Shown in pieces: positions 58,795-64,000 of a stretch of 64,000 bases of DNA. This DNA is from Acidobacteriota bacterium (GTDB lineage: Bacteria > Acidobacteriota > Thermoanaerobaculia > Multivoradales > UBA5704), in NCBI GenBank assembly GCA_040005235.1, contig JBDTZG010000020.1, forward strand, positions 27,256 through 91,255, read 5' to 3'. The stretch's first letter is position 1, and each line of letters opens with the position of its first letter. A program made the position numbers and the translations under genes. A model generated the notes under the pieces. The model was not told the DNA's origin. It worked only from the letters and a program-made list of their open reading frames with translations, and did not search any database.

Positions 58795-59889
58795 ATGGGC
58801 ATAATAAAGACGACCCACAGCGAGCGCGATGCTCAGGCCAAACCGGCAGCCCTGCAGGCTTCGTCGGCAAAATTAATCTTGGCCGAGGTTCGAGCGCTGA
58901 TTCTGGAAGCGCGACAACGGGCGGCGCAAGCGGTGAACGCCGAACTGACGCTGCTTTACTGGAACATCGGTACCCGTATTCGCAAGGACATCCTCAAGGG
59001 AAAACGCGCCGAATACGGACAAGAGATTGTCTCCGCTCTGGGGAGACAATTAGAGCGGGAATTTGGGCGAGGTTTTTCGGCAAAATCACTGCACCATACC
59101 GTCCGCTTTGCCGAGGCATTTCCCGATCTTAAAATTGTCTCCGCACTGCAGAGACAATTGTCGTGGACTCACTTTAAATCGATCATCTACCTCGACGATC
59201 CACTAAAGCGTGACTTCTATGCCGCGATGTGCCGAATTGAAAACTGGAATACACGGACCCTGGCAAGGAAAATCCAGTCGATGCTGTTCGAGCGAACGGC
59301 GCTGTCGAAAAAACCTGACCAGCTCATTAGGCAGGAGCTTAAAACGCTGCAGACGGAAGATCGGTTGACACCCGATCTGGTTTTTCGCGATCCGTATGTG
59401 CTCGATTTTCTGGGACTCCAGGACACCTACGCCGAGAAAGATCTGCAAGCGGCGATTCTCCGCGAGATGGAGGCTTTCTTGCTGGAGCTGGGCGTCGGCT
59501 TCTGCTTTGTCGCCCGGCAGAAGCGGATGCAGATCGACCATGAGGACTACTACCTCGATCTGCTGTTTTATCATCGCAAGCTGTATCGGTTGGTGGCTAT
59601 CGAGCTTAAGATCGGCGATTTCCAAGCGGCCGACAAAGGACAGATGGAGTTGTATCTCGCCTGGTTACGCCGATACGAATGCGAACCCGACGACGAACCG
59701 CCGATCGGACTGATCCTCTGCGCCGGAAAAAAGCAGCAGCATGTCGAGCTTCTCGAACCCGGCAAGAGCGGTATTCACGTAGCAACCTATTGGACGAAAG
59801 CTCTGCCAAAGGCCGAGCTGGAGAAGAAGCTACGAGAAGCCATGCGCTTGGCTCGCGCCCAGTTGGCGGATCGCACGGAGCAGCCCTGA
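58795..59889 (+). CDS. YhcG/DUF1016-family PD-(D/E)xK nuclease-domain protein
   Basis: LYWNIG, YGQEIV, LSWTHF, RDPYVLDFLGL, FLLELGVGF, DLLFYHR, IELK, GQMELY, PIGLILC; visibly lower GC than its neighbours. Confidence 0.93.
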   Translation: MGIIKTTHSERDAQAKPAALQASSAKLILAEVRALILEARQRAAQAVNAELTLLYWNIGTRIRKDILKGKRAEYGQEIVSALGRQLEREFGRGFSAKSLHHTVRFAEAFPDLKIVSALQRQLSWTHFKSIIYLDDPLKRDFYAAMCRIENWNTRTLARKIQSMLFERTALSKKPDQLIRQELKTLQTEDRLTPDLVFRDPYVLDFLGLQDTYAEKDLQAAILREMEAFLLELGVGFCFVARQKRMQIDHEDYYLDLLFYHRKLYRLVAIELKIGDFQAADKGQMELYLAWLRRYECEPDDEPPIGLILCAGKKQQHVELLEPGKSGIHVATYWTKALPKAELEKKLREAMRLARAQLADRTEQP

Positions 59890-59965
59890 CAGAGCAATCT
59901 GTCCGATTGGACGAGGTCCATCGTCTATTCCGTGATCGCATCGATCTTCTTCGGAATCTCGGCGT

Positions 59966-60385
59966 TCATGCCGGCTCCTTTCCGACCGTCGCGAGCCCCG
60001 CGATCCGGCCGACCAGCGCATTCAGAACCAAGGGGATCACACCGCAGATCACGACCATCGCGAGCGAAAAGTTCCGTATGCCGAGGATCGCCTCGATTGC
60101 GTTGCCCGGACAGGGCAAAGAAGTCCCCAGACCATATCCGGCCAGTTCGAGGGGGATCATCGACAGCGTCCCCCAGACGAGTTGGTCCACGGTCGAGCGA
60201 CGGCGCAGCAGCAGGGCAATCGGCACGACATAACCCCAATAGCAGGTCGCCACCTGCCACCAGTACCGGAAGTACGCCAGGCACAGCAGGTGGCCGAGTG
60301 AATTCATGGTCAAACCGAGCGCCAAGGCGACGGGGAGGTAGAACCGGAGGTCCAGGAGGAGGGAGCGCAGACGGGGAGAGGTCAT
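59966..60385 (-). CDS. Hypothetical membrane protein
   Basis: Four hydrophobic segments; TAGAAT-N7-ATG suggests the start at 60385. Confidence 0.6.
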   Translation of the reverse strand: MTSPRLRSLLLDLRFYLPVALALGLTMNSLGHLLCLAYFRYWWQVATCYWGYVVPIALLLRRRSTVDQLVWGTLSMIPLELAGYGLGTSLPCPGNAIEAILGIRNFSLAMVVICGVIPLVLNALVGRIAGLATVGKEPA

Positions 60386-60459
60386 CGGGTTCATTCTACG
60401 GCGACGGTGCACTTCCCCGGCAGGAGGGACACGCCAAGACGGTAGACTCTCCCGCCGCG

Positions 60460-61365
60460 ATGCCCCTGCTCTCGATCGTCATCCCCAACCTCGATTCGCC
60501 GTGGATCGCCCGGACCCTTTTGGGAATCCGCTCGCAGTGGAATCTCCAGCCGCCGCACGAAGTGATCGTCGTCGGCAGCGACCGGCCGGGCCTGGTGCCG
60601 CGGGATGGCTCGGTGCGATGGATCGAGACCGAGAGTCGAGTGAACCCCGCCGCGGCGCGGAACCTGGGGGTCGCCGAAGCTCGATCCGAGAATATTCTGT
60701 TCATCGACGCCGACTGCCGGCCGTTTCCCGGCTGGGCCGAGCGCCTCGCGGGCATCCTCGACCGGTCGCCCATCGCGGGAGGCGCCGTGACCTTTCCGCG
60801 AAATCCCGACGAGACCAGCGTCTGGGCGCTGGCGGACAACATCGCCTCGTTCCACGAGCTGCTCGCCGACCGGCCGGCCGAAGAGAACACCCGCGGCGCG
60901 ATCGGCAGCCTGAACCTCGCCGTCCGGCGCGACGCCTGGGACTCGATCGGCGGCTTCGACGAGGCGCTCACCACCAGCGAGGATTTCGATTGGATCCTCC
61001 GCGCCCGGGCCGCGGGATTTGCCACCGCGTTCGTCCCCGACGCGATCGTCGAGCACGCGGCGGTCCGGGCGGATCGCGCCGCGCTCGAAGCGCACGCCAC
61101 CTGGTACGGCTCGAACTTCCATCTCTTTAGAGCCCGTCACCCGGAAGCCTTCGGCACCGGCCCGACCTGGAGATCGCCAAAGCTGCTCGCGGCGACCGCC
61201 CCGCTCAAAGCCTGGACCGGAGCGCTCGCGATCTTTGCCAAACACCCGGAGCTGCGCGGGTCGATGCGGGCGCTGCCGGGGGTCGCCGCCTTCCGGCGCG
61301 CCTGGTATCGATCGGTGATCGCGGGCTGGCCGAAGCTCTCGGCGCCCAAAGGGAGAAATGTTTGA
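60460..61365 (+). CDS. Family 2 glycosyltransferase
   Basis: LSIVIP, EVIVV, AAARNLG, FIDADC, GGFDE, SEDFDW. Confidence 0.92.
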   Translation: MPLLSIVIPNLDSPWIARTLLGIRSQWNLQPPHEVIVVGSDRPGLVPRDGSVRWIETESRVNPAAARNLGVAEARSENILFIDADCRPFPGWAERLAGILDRSPIAGGAVTFPRNPDETSVWALADNIASFHELLADRPAEENTRGAIGSLNLAVRRDAWDSIGGFDEALTTSEDFDWILRARAAGFATAFVPDAIVEHAAVRADRAALEAHATWYGSNFHLFRARHPEAFGTGPTWRSPKLLAATAPLKAWTGALAIFAKHPELRGSMRALPGVAAFRRAWYRSVIAGWPKLSAPKGRNV

Positions 61366-62177
61366 GTCCCGACGACTCGTTCCTCGTACCCGCTCCCGCC
61401 GACTTTGCCGAGGGCCATCGAGAGCTTGAACGGCTGGCGCCCCGTCTCCGCGTTCTTCTCACGGACGGGTCGAGCGTACTGGAAGGTTCTCTGTTCGAGG
61501 GAATCGAGCTCCCCGAGCTGACGAAACTAAGCCTCATGCCGAGCTGCCGGCTGGAGGATGCGGGCAAGGTATTCGAGAAGTTCGCCCACCTCCAGCAACT
61601 GTCTTTTTGGGCCTCGACCCCGGAGCAGTGTGAAACCGGATTCCCCCTGCTCGCCGCCGCCCCGTATTGGGATCGCCTCACCCATCTCGACCTGATGTTT
61701 CTCCTCCGAGCTGAGTCTCTCGACCTGAGCCAGGCCGTTGCCTGGACCGACCTTTGGGTCGACCGGAATCTCTCGCTGGAGATGATGAAGGTTTCAGGGC
61801 TGACGTTTCCTGCCGTTGAAATCCTCCTCAGAGCGCACTTCCCCCGGCTCCGCTACCTGAGCCTGGCCGCAGCACTTCCCGAGTCCCTCCTTTCCACCGT
61901 CGCGAGCGCCGACCTGCCGGCCCTGGAGATCCTGGACGTACGCTTCAACATGATTTCGGGCGAAGGCCTGAAGGCATTCGCCCAGACCGCCCGACAGCAC
62001 CTCCCAAGCCTGCGGGAAGTGGGCATCGAGATGTACACCGGGGAGCGGGTCGACTACAACGACTGGAACGGAGCCCTCGTCGGCGGGTACGACGTGCAGT
62101 ACACGCCGGAGGAACTGGAACGGATGTACCTCGAAGGCACGGGGCTCTCGGTGATGCGGGAGCCGCCGGGCTGCTGA
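61362..62177 (+). CDS. Hypothetical leucine-rich-repeat-like protein
   Basis: LxxLxL repeats (LPELTKLSL, LTHLDL, FPRLRYLSL, LPALEILDVRFN); TTG start overlaps the upstream stop. Confidence 0.6.
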   Translation: MSPDDSFLVPAPADFAEGHRELERLAPRLRVLLTDGSSVLEGSLFEGIELPELTKLSLMPSCRLEDAGKVFEKFAHLQQLSFWASTPEQCETGFPLLAAAPYWDRLTHLDLMFLLRAESLDLSQAVAWTDLWVDRNLSLEMMKVSGLTFPAVEILLRAHFPRLRYLSLAAALPESLLSTVASADLPALEILDVRFNMISGEGLKAFAQTARQHLPSLREVGIEMYTGERVDYNDWNGALVGGYDVQYTPEELERMYLEGTGLSVMREPPGC

Positions 62178-62300
62178 GGTGAAGGCGCGAGCGCACCCTC
62201 TGCCCAAAGTCATACGAAGACCGCTCAAGTCACATGCGCTCGGGCGAAGTCACAGTGACGTCGCGCTCAAGTCGCGCGAAAAAGGGGTGGTTCGGGCGAG

Positions 62301-62619
62301 AAACCCGCAGAAGCCACCCAAAACACCCCGGAAACCACCCAGAACACCCGTGAAATCCCCTGGACCACCCCTGAAATCACCCAGGCCACCACTGAAGTCG
62401 CGCAGGACACTCCTGAGATCGCCGAGAAAACCTCTGAAATTCCTCAGCTCACCCCTGAGGCCACGCAGAACACTGCTGAGATCACCGAGGAAACCTCTGA
62501 GATCCCTCGGCCCACCCCTGAAATCCCACAACACACCCCTGAGATCACCTAGAACACCTGTGGCGTCACCTGGGAAAGGACTGAGATCACCCAGAACACC
62601 CCTTCGCTGGGTGATCTCA
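62301..62619. repeat. Phased 21-bp degenerate tandem array (14 units) ending in an inverted copy
   Basis: Consensus AACACCCCTGARATCACCCAG, with no indels from 62301 to 62594. TGAGATCACCCAG (62582-62594) pairs with CTGGGTGATCTCA (62607-62619). Confidence 0.85.
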
Positions 62620-62763
62620 CCGCATTTCTAGGCGATCCGGAAGCTGTTCTCCGCGCGCTGCGCCCTGTTCTCGGCGCGTTCGATCCTTTACTGAGTGCGC
62701 ACGATCCTGATCCCGATCGTGCGAACCCCCGGCTCGATGCGTCGCACGCTCCATCCTTCCGGG

Positions 62764-63279
62764 TTACTCCTCCGCGGCGTGCGCTACGGCCTTAAGCCTG
62801 CGATAACGGAGCCGGGACCGTTCATTCTCCCGCTGAACGGGAGCGAGCACGCCGTCATCGATCAGAAGTTGGAGGTTCCGCCGCGCTGCGCCCCGATCCA
62901 GCTCATAGCCGAGCGCCCGGCAGAGATCGTAATGATCGAAGACCTCGGGCAGCACCTCCAGCGCCTTCACGATCTCGCCGACCAACTCCCAAGCCTTGCG
63001 CCGTCCGGGCGGAGCCGAAGGTTCGGGAGGAGCGGCGGGAACCGGACCTGAAGCGCCACCCTCCGACTCCGACGGAGCCGCCAACAGCCGAGCCGCCTCC
63101 CCAAACGCCGGCAGTTCGAGCTGAGGCAGCAACGGCACTCCCCCGGCCCCCGAAGCCAGCCAAACCAGATCCAGAGCCCGAAGCTGCGCCACCCGCCCCG
63201 CCTCGATCAGCTCGATCGTCGCCCGGTGCTGCGCCTCAATGAAGCGCTTGCGGTCCTCGTACTCTTCGCGGGTGATCAT
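62764..63279 (-). CDS. Hypothetical protein: N-terminal coiled coil, Pro-rich linker, C-terminal winged-helix-like region
   Basis: MITREEYEDRKRFIEAQHRATIELIEAG...; LPEVFDHYDLCRALGYELDRGAARRNLQLLIDDGVL...RLRYRR. Confidence 0.65.
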   Translation of the reverse strand: MITREEYEDRKRFIEAQHRATIELIEAGRVAQLRALDLVWLASGAGGVPLLPQLELPAFGEAARLLAAPSESEGGASGPVPAAPPEPSAPPGRRKAWELVGEIVKALEVLPEVFDHYDLCRALGYELDRGAARRNLQLLIDDGVLAPVQRENERSRLRYRRLKAVAHAAEE

Positions 63280-63319
63280 CGGATGAGGATTGCAGCACAG
63301 CGGGGGGGCGGGGGGCAAG

Positions 63320-63580
63320 CTAACTTTGGGTCAGGTGGCAAGCCTCGATCTCTTCGTGGATTCGCCGTTTCAACCTAGAAAAATCCATCTGGGTGGCGGG
63401 CGTTTTGGAGGCGTTCCTCAATGTTCGCCTTGAACGCCATCGCGCGGGTATCCAGATCCTGGTCGCGTTCGTCGAGGGCCTGCAGGCCTCGCTGATCACT
63501 TCATCGGCTGACCGATAGAGTCCGCCCTCGACTTTTTTCAAAACGAGGCGTTCGAGGTCACCCGAGAGATGCACGTCCAT
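63320..63580 (-). pseudogene. ParD-type (ribbon-helix-helix) antitoxin with internal compensating frameshifts; no toxin partner visible
   Basis: MDVHLSGDLERLVLKKVEGGLYRSADEVISEA; the expected continuation LQALDERDQ... lies in a shifted frame. AAGGAG SD upstream. Confidence 0.65.
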
Positions 63581-64000
63581 TTACGATCTCCTTGGTCTTT
63601 GGATCGTGGAAGGTAACTGCAGCAGGTTCTGTCGCCTGGGCGGTTCCGAAGGCTCAATGGCCGCCACGCTCGGGACGCGGCGCTCCCCTCCCTCGCCACA
63701 GCTAGCCCCCGGGGCCGGGTCCCCTCCCCAAGCGCCAGCGGCTCAACCTGCGGCAAGAGCGGAGCTTGCCCCCCCACCCCAGCCGCGAGGGCAAGGATGG
63801 GGGTGGAATGACCAGTTTCCGTCCTGAAGCCTATCGCCTATCCCCGGACTGGCCGGTCCTGTTAGCAGTTCCGTCGATTTGGGGAGCAGATCGTCTTACC
63901 GTTCGCGCGCAGCAGGAGATTCGCGGGCAGAGGTAACCAAATGCTGATAACTAGGAATTATCATGGGAGAGAAGGATAATGAAACTTATGGCAAGGGTCG

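Noticed and set aside
62179-62631. 150-aa Lys/Arg/Pro-rich ORF over the 21-bp array
   Set aside because: Openness is explained by the repeat; there is no SD and codon usage is atypical. Not called as a CDS.

Overview
High-GC bacterial chromosomal window, very probably Acidobacteriota and likely Thermoanaerobaculia-like. The lineage call is an inference from the PadR + duplicated orphan ABC permease pair, the Cys-rich insertion in RpoB, the [10 protein letters not shown]-type EF-Tu switch I, and two secreted paralogues with a '...CL..GRF....DG...NGKFWV...' C-terminal module. The core is the minus-strand cluster tRNA-Thr-tuf-tRNA-Trp-secE-nusG-rplK-rplA-rplJ-rplL-rpoB-rpoC. It is flanked by housekeeping genes (pabB, pabC-like, two pilT-family ATPases, udk, mutM, carB, carA, DAHP synthase, LolC/E-type permease, bcp, Leu dehydrogenase) and by accessory patches. 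The most notable items are: (1) a full-length (~1074 aa) plant-type methionine S-methyltransferase coupled to udk, whose C-terminal aminotransferase-like domain keeps an intact PLP-lysine motif; (2) two exactly phased degenerate tandem arrays (9 x 20 bp at 48.35 kb, 14 x 21 bp at 62.3 kb), each directly 3' of an orphan HTH-like gene; (3) a probable free-standing structured sRNA at 51.54-51.71 kb behind a perfect TATAAT; (4) a structured 5' leader on an ankyrin-repeat gene; (5) a PilT-family ATPase with an MshEN-like N-terminus; (6) several apparently leaderless genes. No CRISPR array, rRNA, prophage or intact transposase is visible. All family calls come from motif recognition by eye; no database search was run.
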